Assembly (NCBI GenBank): GCA_937928175.1
Contig: CALFVP010000136.1
Location: 1 to 26,977 of the forward strand
Length of the DNA stretch: 26,977 nt
Reading direction: 5' to 3'
Source: an uncultured bacterium
GTDB lineage: Bacteria > Spirochaetota > Brevinematia > DTOW01
This document shows positions 16,442-24,332 of this stretch, one piece after another. Numbering within the stretch: the first letter of the stretch is position 1; every line of letters starts with the position of its first letter. The notes under the pieces were generated by a model, which was not told the DNA's origin, did no database searches, and worked only from the letters and a program-made list of their open reading frames with translations. Made by a program: the position numbers and the translations under genes.

Positions 16442-17044
16442 TTATAAACTTTTGTAATAAAAAGGTAAAACTTCATTAAAATCTTTTTTCAAACCTAGAT
16501 TTAGCTTTTTAAGAATAACTTTAGATACCATTTCAAAAGGTACAACTTCAAAATTTACTGGAACTATACCCGTACCTTCAAAAATCTTTTTACACCCCAC
16601 GGAAACCAAAAATTCGTCATTGGAAGGGTTAAAATCCGAAATTTTAACTAACTCTAAGTTATCAAAACCAAATTTTTTTATTAATATTTTTTTTGCTCTA
16701 CCATCAAAAATTAACGTTGGCTCGAGCTTAGAAAAATGCTCTTCTAAAACCTCCACTAGAGAAAAAGGAATAATAGGTATACTAAGTACCTGCGATAAAG
16801 TTCTAGCAACAGAAACACCGTTCCGCAAAGAAGTAAAGGGTCCTGGACCAATCGAAACCGAAACAGCATCCACTTTCCTCTTTTCTACACCACACAAAGA
16901 AAATAAACCTTCCAAACCTTTCCAAAACAAACTAAAAGAATCCTCATCACCAAAAGAAATATTCACAGAATAAGATTTATTATCATCAATCAAACCTATG
17001 GAAAAAGAATACTGATATGAAGTATCGATAACAACAATTCTCAT
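16442..17044 (-). CDS. tsaB: tRNA t6A biosynthesis protein TsaB (divergent)
   Basis: IDTS N-terminus; VDAVSVSIGPGPFTSLRNGVSVARTL (cf. GPGSFTGLRIG); C-terminal VLPFYYK. Confidence 0.85.
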   Translation of the reverse strand: MRIVVIDTSYQYSFSIGLIDDNKSYSVNISFGDEDSFSLFWKGLEGLFSLCGVEKRKVDAVSVSIGPGPFTSLRNGVSVARTLSQVLSIPIIPFSLVEVLEEHFSKLEPTLIFDGRAKKILIKKFGFDNLELVKISDFNPSNDEFLVSVGCKKIFEGTGIVPVNFEVVPFEMVSKVILKKLNLGLKKDFNEVLPFYYKSL

Positions 17045-17295
17045 AACTTAAGTTTTTTTATTTTTTCATTCACGTAATCAACGAATTGCTTTAGATTTTG
17101 CAAAACAGAAATATTTTTGTCTTTTGAATTACCTACAATGAAAGCAAGAGTACCTACTACTAGAAGTAAAACAAAAATACCTATACCTAAAAGTAGAATA
17201 ATTATAAGGGATATAAGCGCAATAAGAGCATAAGTAATACCCCAAAAATTTCTCCTAATAAACTCAAATATTACATTATCGTAATTTCTTTTCAT
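17041..17295 (-). CDS. Small integral membrane protein, DUF2273-like
   Basis: 84 aa, EFIRRNFWGITYALIALISLIIILLLGIGIFVLLLVVGTLAFIVG (two TM helices, typical family pattern); ATGA overlap with tsaB. Confidence 0.7.
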   Translation of the reverse strand: MKRNYDNVIFEFIRRNFWGITYALIALISLIIILLLGIGIFVLLLVVGTLAFIVGNSKDKNISVLQNLKQFVDYVNEKIKKLKL

Positions 17296-17298
17296 ACT

Positions 17299-18633
17299 TT
17301 ACATCGAAAAATCTTCCAAGAATTTAGTTGTATGGTAACCACCCAAGAAAACAGGATGTTCCAAAACTTTAGAATGAAATGGTATAGTCGTTGGTATTCC
17401 TTCTATTGTAAATTCTCCTAAAGCTCTTTTAGCTCTGTTTATAGCCTCGTTTCTATCTCTACCCCATACTATAAGTTTTGCAACCATAGAATCATAGTAC
17501 ATTGGTATTTCATACCCTTCATATATATGAGTATCAACTCTTATACCGAACCCTCCAGGTAAATGTAAAACTTTTATTTTCCCAGGAGAAGGTCTAAAAT
17601 CATTGAAAGGATCTTCTGCGTTTATTCTAAATTCAATAGCATGCCCCATTATCTTTATATCTTCCTGTTTTAAAGATAACTTCTCACCTAAGCAAGCTAA
17701 TATCTGCTCTCTTATTAAGTCAATTTTTGTAACCTCTTCAGTAACCGGGTGTTCAACTTGGATTCTAGTATTAACTTCCATGAAATAAAATTTACCATCT
17801 TGATCCATTATAAACTCCATAGTTCCTGCTCCAACGTAACCTATTGAAGATACTGCATTCCTAACTATTTTTGATATCATTTCTCTTTGTTCTTGAGTTA
17901 TGGTAGGTCCAGGTGCCTCCTCTATAAGTTTTTGGTGTTTTCTCTGTATAGAACAATCTCTCTCTCCGAAAGTAAGAACATTCCCATACTTATCACCTAT
18001 AAACTGGATTTCTATATGCTTAGGATTTTGAATATACTTTTCTATGTAAACCCCAGGATTACCAAAAGCAGATTGAGCTTCAGATTGTGTAAGAGGTAAA
18101 AGTTTTTTAAGATCATCTTCAGAATAACATATTCTCATTCCCTTACCACCACCACCAGCGGTAGCCTTTATAATGACAGGATAACCTATATCCCTAGCTA
18201 CTTCTATAGCTTCTTCCAAACTGTTAATAACCCCATCACTTCCCGGAACAGTAGGTACACCAAAACCCTTCATAGTGTTCTTAGCTGTAGACTTGTCACC
18301 CATCATCGTAATAACCTCAGGAGATGGACCTAGAAATATTATACCATGCTTGTTACAAATCTCAGAAAACTTAGAATTTTCAGACAAAAAACCGTAACCA
18401 GGATGTATAGCCTTAGCACCAGTAACAATAGCAGCACTTATCAAGTTTGGTATGTTCAAATAAGAATCTTTACTATACTCACTACCTATACATATATCTT
18501 CATCAGCTAACTTCCTATGCAAAGAATCTTTATCAGCTACAGAGTAAACCGCTACAGTCTTAAAACCTAACTCCTTACAAGTCCTTATAACCCTAACAGC
18601 TATCTCTCCTCTGTTAGCAATAAGAATTTTCAT
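17299..18633 (-). CDS. accC: Acetyl-CoA carboxylase biotin carboxylase subunit
   Basis: KILIANRGEIAVR, HPGYGFLSEN, KATAGGGGKGMR, ERDCSIQRKHQK, EVNTRIQVEHPVTE, YYDSMVAKL. Start is ATG 18633 or 18636 after GGGGGTG. Confidence 0.96.
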   Translation of the reverse strand: MKILIANRGEIAVRVIRTCKELGFKTVAVYSVADKDSLHRKLADEDICIGSEYSKDSYLNIPNLISAAIVTGAKAIHPGYGFLSENSKFSEICNKHGIIFLGPSPEVITMMGDKSTAKNTMKGFGVPTVPGSDGVINSLEEAIEVARDIGYPVIIKATAGGGGKGMRICYSEDDLKKLLPLTQSEAQSAFGNPGVYIEKYIQNPKHIEIQFIGDKYGNVLTFGERDCSIQRKHQKLIEEAPGPTITQEQREMISKIVRNAVSSIGYVGAGTMEFIMDQDGKFYFMEVNTRIQVEHPVTEEVTKIDLIREQILACLGEKLSLKQEDIKIMGHAIEFRINAEDPFNDFRPSPGKIKVLHLPGGFGIRVDTHIYEGYEIPMYYDSMVAKLIVWGRDRNEAINRAKRALGEFTIEGIPTTIPFHSKVLEHPVFLGGYHTTKFLEDFSM

Positions 18634-18960
18634 CATCACCCCCAAAAAACTTTAAAAAAATTATGGAAAACTCTTCTATAAAATTTCTAGTTAATTCAAA
18701 GAACAAAAATATTTTATTAATAACAACTACACCCAAAACACTTACACCTGCTAGCAGTAAATTAGCAAGAACTAAAAAATTTTAAGTACTACTCACATTT
18801 GTAAACTATAGAATTAACCTTTCATCAAAGAAAGAAAACACATTTGGTTAGTAGATCCAGTTGTGATGAATTCAATGCCCATTAATATAAAAATCTTTAG
18901 TATCATAAAGAAATACCCAAAAGCAAAACACGATATTGACAAAGTTTTAAGTATATTTTT
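18614..18960 (-). pseudogene. Possible decayed or split small membrane-protein gene in the TIGR02757-accC gap
   Basis: Two hydrophobic open stretches in different frames: 18960-18814 (KNILKTLSISCFAFGYFFMILKIFILMGIEFITTG...) and 18781-18614 (NFLVLANLLLAGVSVLGVVVINKIFLFFELTRNF...). The second has coding-like GNT codons and ends inside the accC start. Confidence 0.3.
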
Positions 18961-18973
18961 TCAAAGAAATATC

Positions 18974-19768
18974 TTACTTTTTGTTTACACCGTAACCAAA
19001 AATAGCAAAATCATACTTTACAGGATCGTTAGGATCAAGTTCTTTTAATTTTTCAGTTATTTCTTCAGCTGTAATCCAATCATCTTGAGATCTGTTAGTA
19101 AGATTCAACTCTCTAGATATCCTAGAGACGTGAAAATCCAACGGTATAACCAACTTTGAAGTAGGTATAATGTCATTCCACAAACCACTATCAACGTTAT
19201 CTTTTCTAACCATCCATCTAAGAAACATATTAAGTCTTTTGCAAGCACTACCCTTAATAGGACTAGGTACTAAAGAAAGAACTTCACCAGGAATTTTATT
19301 ATTCCAGCTAAAAATTTCGTCAACTACATCTATAAGTAAAAACTTAACATTTCTGTAATTAGCATTTTTAGTGTACATTTGGTAAAACAAATTTTTAAGA
19401 CTACCCCATTTAGTTAAAACAATTTTTAACGATTGAAAAATGTAAGCAATTTGCACTCCTGTTATGTTTCTATAAGCAAAATAAGAAAAATCTTTAAGTC
19501 TCCCTATTTTTTCAAAATCAAAATTCAAAATATACCTAAAAGGTTCTCCACCCATAATATTAAACAACAGTTCTTTAGTTTTAGATATAATATTATACCT
19601 TCTACCTTGAGCCATAATAGAAGCCAAAAAACCTGAAATTTCTCTATCCCTGTAATCACTAAAAGAGTAAACAAATTGGACAGGATCAGATTTTATAAAA
19701 CTTTGAACACAGTACTTCTCATAGAGATCATCAAGATACTTCTTTAAATCACTTTTATCGTAATTCAT
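18974..19768 (-). CDS. TIGR02757 / DUF2400 family protein (HhH-GPD-like fold, function unknown)
   Basis: DPVQF, DREISGF.A...A.GRR, SACKRLNMFLRWMVRKD.VDSGLW, LVIPLDFHV, DPNDPVKYDFAIFG. Confidence 0.92.
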   Translation of the reverse strand: MNYDKSDLKKYLDDLYEKYCVQSFIKSDPVQFVYSFSDYRDREISGFLASIMAQGRRYNIISKTKELLFNIMGGEPFRYILNFDFEKIGRLKDFSYFAYRNITGVQIAYIFQSLKIVLTKWGSLKNLFYQMYTKNANYRNVKFLLIDVVDEIFSWNNKIPGEVLSLVPSPIKGSACKRLNMFLRWMVRKDNVDSGLWNDIIPTSKLVIPLDFHVSRISRELNLTNRSQDDWITAEEITEKLKELDPNDPVKYDFAIFGYGVNKK

Positions 19769-19811
19769 AAAATTTTAAAACGTAAAATGTTAAAAATTTT
19801 ATACAGTTAAA

Positions 19812-19840
19812 GTTAAAAAGGGAGAGAGAATACTCTCCCT
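19812..19840 (-). terminator. Rho-independent terminator after the GltS-like gene
   Basis: Minus strand AGGGAGAG-TATTCT-CTCTCCCT followed by TTTTAAC, 6 nt after the stop codon. Confidence 0.85.
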
Positions 19841-19846
19841 AAAAAC

Positions 19847-21430
19847 TTATTTAAGCAAAATTTCTCTAGCTTCATCCATATCTGCTTCCATTACGTAAGG
19901 AATACCGGTAACCTCTGAAGCTTCTTTTGTTAGAGCAACTAAATCATTTCTATCCAAGTATTCAATAGAGAATTTTCTTGCACCAGCCATAAGTTGTTTT
20001 AATCCAAGTATAAGCCTATCAACAAAAGTGTACATAGCTATAGCTCCCCATGGTAACTTATTGAAATCGCTACCGTATTCCTTTTTAAGGGTTTCAGCAG
20101 TTATAAATATTTCTTCAACTGAAGTACCGTATTTTGCTATTTCTGGTGGTAGCTTACCCTCTTGTTGCCATTTCTGTATATTTTTACCAACATGAGCAGG
20201 TATCATTAACGCTCTTCCCATACAAACAGCTTTAAAGTAAGGTGCACCTAAAGCAAGAGATTTAAATATGTGATCTTCAAGTGAAAAACCACCAGCTATT
20301 GCAAGATCAGGTACATATTTACCTTTTTTCTCAAGCTCCTTAGCAAAATTGTAAGCGATCGATTGTAAGTAAATAGTAGGTATTCCCCACTCATTCATCA
20401 TTCTCCATGGACTCATACCCGTACCACCACCAGCACCATCAATTGTAACAAAATCAACCCCAGCATCAGAAGCAAACCTTAAAGCTCTAGCTAAGTCGGT
20501 TATTCTGTAAGCACCTGTCTTGAGAGATATAAATTTTGCACCTGCTTCCCTGTAGTGTTTTACAGTTTTTTCAAAGCTTTCGTAATCAACCATTCCTAAC
20601 CTTGAATGTCTTTCAAACTCCCTAATACCTCCTGCTTTATAAGCTTCTTGTACAACAGGATCCTCAGGATCAGGAAGAACTATATAACCTCTCTTCTTAA
20701 GTTCAATAGCTCTTTCTAAAGTTTTAAGTTTAACTTCTCCACCTATATCTTTTGCACCTTGTCCCCACTTAATTTCTATACAATTAACTCCTAACTTCTC
20801 AATAGCATACTCTGCCGAAGCAAGCCTACTATCTTCTACATTTTGTTGAAGTATTATTTCACCGTAACCATTGTACCAATCCTTAAAAGACTTTACCCTC
20901 CTTTCAAGCTGAGGAGACTTAACCACTCTACCGTTTTTATCAAATTCAGCATTCGGATCCATACCAACAACATTTTCACCAATAACAACCATAATACCAG
21001 AAATTGCTGCACCTACAGCAAGCGGTTCCCAGTTATTCTTTGCAATATCCGTTGACCCTAAAGCACCAGTAAATATAGGAATACGTAGTTTAATCTTGTA
21101 ATCTCTACCTATCTCTCTTTCTACATTAACAGCCGGAAATACAGCTTTATCAGGATCAGCCTCTATACCAACAGCACCAACTGTTGTACCTTGAATATTA
21201 AGATGAGAATAATCAACAGGATACTCCTTTGTTGCACCTGCAGTAACTAAACCAAAAGGAGAAGGATAAACAACTTCCCTACCCCTAAACGACGATTTAC
21301 CAACTTCACACGTACCTGGACAACCATCCAAACATACAGAACAAATCCCCGAATAAAAAGCTACATCTGGAACCCTGTTTCTGGTTCCTGTTGCAGAACT
21401 AGCATTAGGTCTACCTGCCATTATATTCAT
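19847..21430 (-). CDS. Stand-alone FMN-binding glutamate synthase-family protein
   Basis: EIKWGQGAKDIGGEV, ISLKTG, VTIDGAGGGTGMSP, IAGGF, IFKSLALGA..V.MGRA, LKQLMAG; N-terminal CxxCxxxCxxxC. Confidence 0.92.
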   Translation of the reverse strand: MNIMAGRPNASSATGTRNRVPDVAFYSGICSVCLDGCPGTCEVGKSSFRGREVVYPSPFGLVTAGATKEYPVDYSHLNIQGTTVGAVGIEADPDKAVFPAVNVEREIGRDYKIKLRIPIFTGALGSTDIAKNNWEPLAVGAAISGIMVVIGENVVGMDPNAEFDKNGRVVKSPQLERRVKSFKDWYNGYGEIILQQNVEDSRLASAEYAIEKLGVNCIEIKWGQGAKDIGGEVKLKTLERAIELKKRGYIVLPDPEDPVVQEAYKAGGIREFERHSRLGMVDYESFEKTVKHYREAGAKFISLKTGAYRITDLARALRFASDAGVDFVTIDGAGGGTGMSPWRMMNEWGIPTIYLQSIAYNFAKELEKKGKYVPDLAIAGGFSLEDHIFKSLALGAPYFKAVCMGRALMIPAHVGKNIQKWQQEGKLPPEIAKYGTSVEEIFITAETLKKEYGSDFNKLPWGAIAMYTFVDRLILGLKQLMAGARKFSIEYLDRNDLVALTKEASEVTGIPYVMEADMDEAREILLK

Positions 21431-21454
21431 AAAAACCCCCCTTAGTTTATTACT

Positions 21455-21483
21455 AGTATAACTGAAAAAACACTCTCTTTCAA
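21455..21483 (-). promoter_or_regulatory. Sigma70-type promoter of the GltS-like gene
   Basis: TTGAAA(21478-21483)-N17-TATACT(21455-21460), followed by a G6 SD. Confidence 0.7.
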
Positions 21484-21536
21484 CTACCTAGGCAATATTA
21501 TACCTTTTAAATATGATTTTTAAATAAATACAAAGA

Positions 21537-21950
21537 TTATTTTTTGTGTACACAATTCTTTATTTTCTTATCCATACTAGAAATATGGTTTGAAAACCAA
21601 TCTACGAGTAATTTTGAAGCTTTGCTTAAAACTTCTTGAGAAAGTCCTTTTTCACTAAGTTCAAATTTAAGTTTTGTAGCTTCCATAAGAAAAAATTGAT
21701 GTTGCATCTTCTGTAAATTAAGTATAGGACAACTGTACTCTTTCATAAATTTTTCTTCATCTGAAAAATGAAACTTTGCATATTCCGCCATAAAATCAAA
21801 TATCTCTTCAAGTTCGCTATACATCGTTTTAGAATCTGAGTTACCTAACTTAGTAAGGAAATTGTTTATTTTATCTATAAGTTCTTTATGTTGGTTATCA
21901 ATTCTTTCTATGCCAACCCACAAATCATCGGTAAACTCAAACAATTTCAT
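21537..21950 (-). CDS. Single-domain bacteriohemerythrin
   Basis: WVGIERIDNQH, YAKFHFSDEEKFM, QKMQH, DWFSNHISSMD; SD GGGGAGG. Confidence 0.93.
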   Translation of the reverse strand: MKLFEFTDDLWVGIERIDNQHKELIDKINNFLTKLGNSDSKTMYSELEEIFDFMAEYAKFHFSDEEKFMKEYSCPILNLQKMQHQFFLMEATKLKFELSEKGLSQEVLSKASKLLVDWFSNHISSMDKKIKNCVHKK

Positions 21951-21975
21951 AAACTACCTCCCCAATCATACTTAT

Positions 21976-22004
21976 ATAGTAAAGCACATATTAAAAAATG
22001 TCAA
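21976..22004 (-). promoter_or_regulatory. Near-consensus sigma70 promoter of the hemerythrin gene
   Basis: TTGACA(21999-22004)-N17-TACTAT(21976-21981). Confidence 0.75.
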
Positions 22005-22074
22005 ATTCTTTATCTTAACTTTCTTTAAATACATTAAATCATTTAAGATTTTATAAAATTTTATGGGGGGGGAT

Positions 22075-24273
22075 ATGGTAAAAACTTACGCTTACGGTTT
22101 TCCAAGAATAGGTAGAAACAGAGAGTTTAAAAAATCAGTTGAAGCTTACTGGAACGGTAAGATTGATGAAAAAACCTTATCTGAAGAACTAGATAAAATA
22201 CAAAAAGATATAATAGCAAATTACTCAGAAATGGATTACTATCCAGTAGGAGAGATAACTGGTTACGATCTTATCCTAGATACGGCAATAATGCTAGGAT
22301 TATACGGAAACGTAAAATCATGGAAAGATTACTATGATCTTGTAAGGGGTAAAAATGCACTTGAAATAACAAAATGGTTTAATACAAATTATCATTACGT
22401 AGTACCACAAATTGATGAAAAATCGGAAATACAACTTTTTTGGAACAAACCACTTGAAGAGTACAAAAAAAACAAATCTTTAAAAGCAATTCCGTTTGTA
22501 GTAGGTCCTTTTACATTTATAAAACTCTCAAAAGGTAATAAAAACTTTGGAATACTTAAAGAAAAAGTTAAGGAAGTATACCTAGAAATAATAAAATCAC
22601 TTAAAGACGAAGGAGCAGAATTTATACATCTGGATGAACCAGGGTTGGTCTACGAACTAACAGATGAAGAAAGAAAATTCATAAAAGATGTATATTCAGA
22701 TATATCAAAATTTCACAAAGTAATAGTGATAACCTACTACGATGATGTTGAAAAAGATACCTTAAGTACAATTCTCTCAACACCAATAGAAGGTATAGGA
22801 ATAGATTTTGTCCACAATGAAAGAAGGAATTTTCAAAACTTAGAAGATCTAAAAAATCTGTTAAAAGACAAAATTTTGATTTCTGGAATAATTGATGGTA
22901 GAACTGTTTGGAAAGATAACATAGAAAACGTTTCAAAAAAAGTAAAAGAAATTATATCGAAACTTGAACCAAAAGAATTATGGATATCAAACGCTGGTCC
23001 TTTGTACCATTTACCATACTCAGTAGAAGAAGAAAACAATTTACACCCATCAATAAAAGAGAGATTAGCATTTGCAAAAGAAAAAGTAAAAGAAATAACT
23101 TACATAAAAGAGTATTTAAAAGGAAATAAAAGTGTTCTTGAATGGAATAACTACAAAAACGATAACTCTTGGTGGTTCAAAGAAGAAGTAAAGAGCAGAA
23201 TAAAAAACTTAAAAGAAGATGACTTTACAAGGGAGAAACCTTATAACGAAAGAGTAAAAATACAATCAGAAATACTTAAACTTCCGAAATTCACAACAAC
23301 AACTATAGGTAGTTTTCCTCAAACTGAAGAAGTAAGACAAGCAAGATTAAAGTACAAAAAAGGTGAAATATCCAAAGAAGAATACAATGAGTTTATAAAA
23401 AGTAAGATAAGAGAAGTTATAAAGATTCAAGAAGAAATAGGACTGGATGTTCTTGTTCATGGTGAATTTGAAAGAAGTGATATGGTTGAATTTTTTGCTG
23501 AAAAACTTCAAGGAATGGTAACAACTGAAAACGGTTGGATACTCTCATACGGTACAAGAGTATACAGAGCACCTATAATTTACGGGGATGTATACAGAGA
23601 CAAAAACTTAGTTATAGATGAAATAACATACGCGCAAAGTTTAACAAAAAAACCAGTAAAAGCAATAATGACTGGACCTATAACAATATTAGCATGGAGT
23701 TATGAAAGAACGGATATTTCTGAAAAAGAAATTGCATTTCAAATAGCACTAGCAATATTAGATGAAGTAAAGGAATTAGAAAAAAATGGTATAAAGGTAA
23801 TACAAATAGATGAACCAGCATTTAGGGAAAAAGCACCTATAAAGAGAAGAGATTGGGAAGAATACTTTGAATGGTCAATTAAAGCCTTTAGGTTAGCATC
23901 AAAAGCATCTCCAGAAATTCAACTTCACACTCATATGTGTTACTCAGAATTTGGGGAAATAATAGATAAAATATACAAACTTGATGCAGATGTAATAAGT
24001 ATAGAAACATCAAGGAGTGGTGGAGATATAATAGAGTACTTTGAAAAATTTAATTACGATCACCAGATAGGACTAGGAGTTTACGATGTACATTCACCCG
24101 AAGTACCAGAAATAAAAACGATGCAGAAAATTGTAGAAAGAGCTTTAAAAGTAATAGACCCAAAAAATTTTTGGATAAATCCTGACTGCGGACTAAAAAC
24201 TAGAAAATGGGAAGAAGTTATACCGTCTTTGAAAAACATGGTAAAACTATCCGAGAATCTTAGAGAATCGTAA
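22075..24273 (+). CDS. metE: Cobalamin-independent methionine synthase
   Basis: TYAYGFPRIG, TKWFNTNYHY, TTTIGSFPQT, HGEFERSDMVEFF, Zn ligands HTHMCYSE and NPDCGLKTR. Start at 22075 preferred, with the G8 run acting as SD. Confidence 0.97.
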   Translation: MVKTYAYGFPRIGRNREFKKSVEAYWNGKIDEKTLSEELDKIQKDIIANYSEMDYYPVGEITGYDLILDTAIMLGLYGNVKSWKDYYDLVRGKNALEITKWFNTNYHYVVPQIDEKSEIQLFWNKPLEEYKKNKSLKAIPFVVGPFTFIKLSKGNKNFGILKEKVKEVYLEIIKSLKDEGAEFIHLDEPGLVYELTDEERKFIKDVYSDISKFHKVIVITYYDDVEKDTLSTILSTPIEGIGIDFVHNERRNFQNLEDLKNLLKDKILISGIIDGRTVWKDNIENVSKKVKEIISKLEPKELWISNAGPLYHLPYSVEEENNLHPSIKERLAFAKEKVKEITYIKEYLKGNKSVLEWNNYKNDNSWWFKEEVKSRIKNLKEDDFTREKPYNERVKIQSEILKLPKFTTTTIGSFPQTEEVRQARLKYKKGEISKEEYNEFIKSKIREVIKIQEEIGLDVLVHGEFERSDMVEFFAEKLQGMVTTENGWILSYGTRVYRAPIIYGDVYRDKNLVIDEITYAQSLTKKPVKAIMTGPITILAWSYERTDISEKEIAFQIALAILDEVKELEKNGIKVIQIDEPAFREKAPIKRRDWEEYFEWSIKAFRLASKASPEIQLHTHMCYSEFGEIIDKIYKLDADVISIETSRSGGDIIEYFEKFNYDHQIGLGVYDVHSPEVPEIKTMQKIVERALKVIDPKNFWINPDCGLKTRKWEEVIPSLKNMVKLSENLRES

Positions 24274-24278
24274 AATTA

Positions 24279-24307
24279 TTGAAAACTACGTAAACTTCAT
24301 TTAGGAT
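24279..24307 (+). promoter_or_regulatory. Promoter of the GH57 gene
   Basis: TTGAAA(24279-24284)-N17-TAGGAT(24302-24307); SD GAGGAGG at 24320-24326. Confidence 0.55.
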
Positions 24308-24332
24308 AATACGAGATTTGAGGAGGTAAAAA

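Noticed and set aside
5722-18633. MCE protein, OM barrel, hydrolase and accC as one lipid-trafficking system
   Set aside because: They lie in different transcription units separated by unrelated housekeeping genes; nothing in the sequence links them beyond the theme.
19769-19801. Imperfect AT-only inverted repeat upstream of the TIGR02757 gene as an operator
   Set aside because: Composed almost wholly of A/T runs; not distinguishable from background without comparative data.
21431-21441. G5-G6 tracts before the GltS-like gene, accC and pyrE as phase-variation sites
   Set aside because: They lie at SD distance from start codons outside the reading frames, and G-rich SDs recur in this genome.
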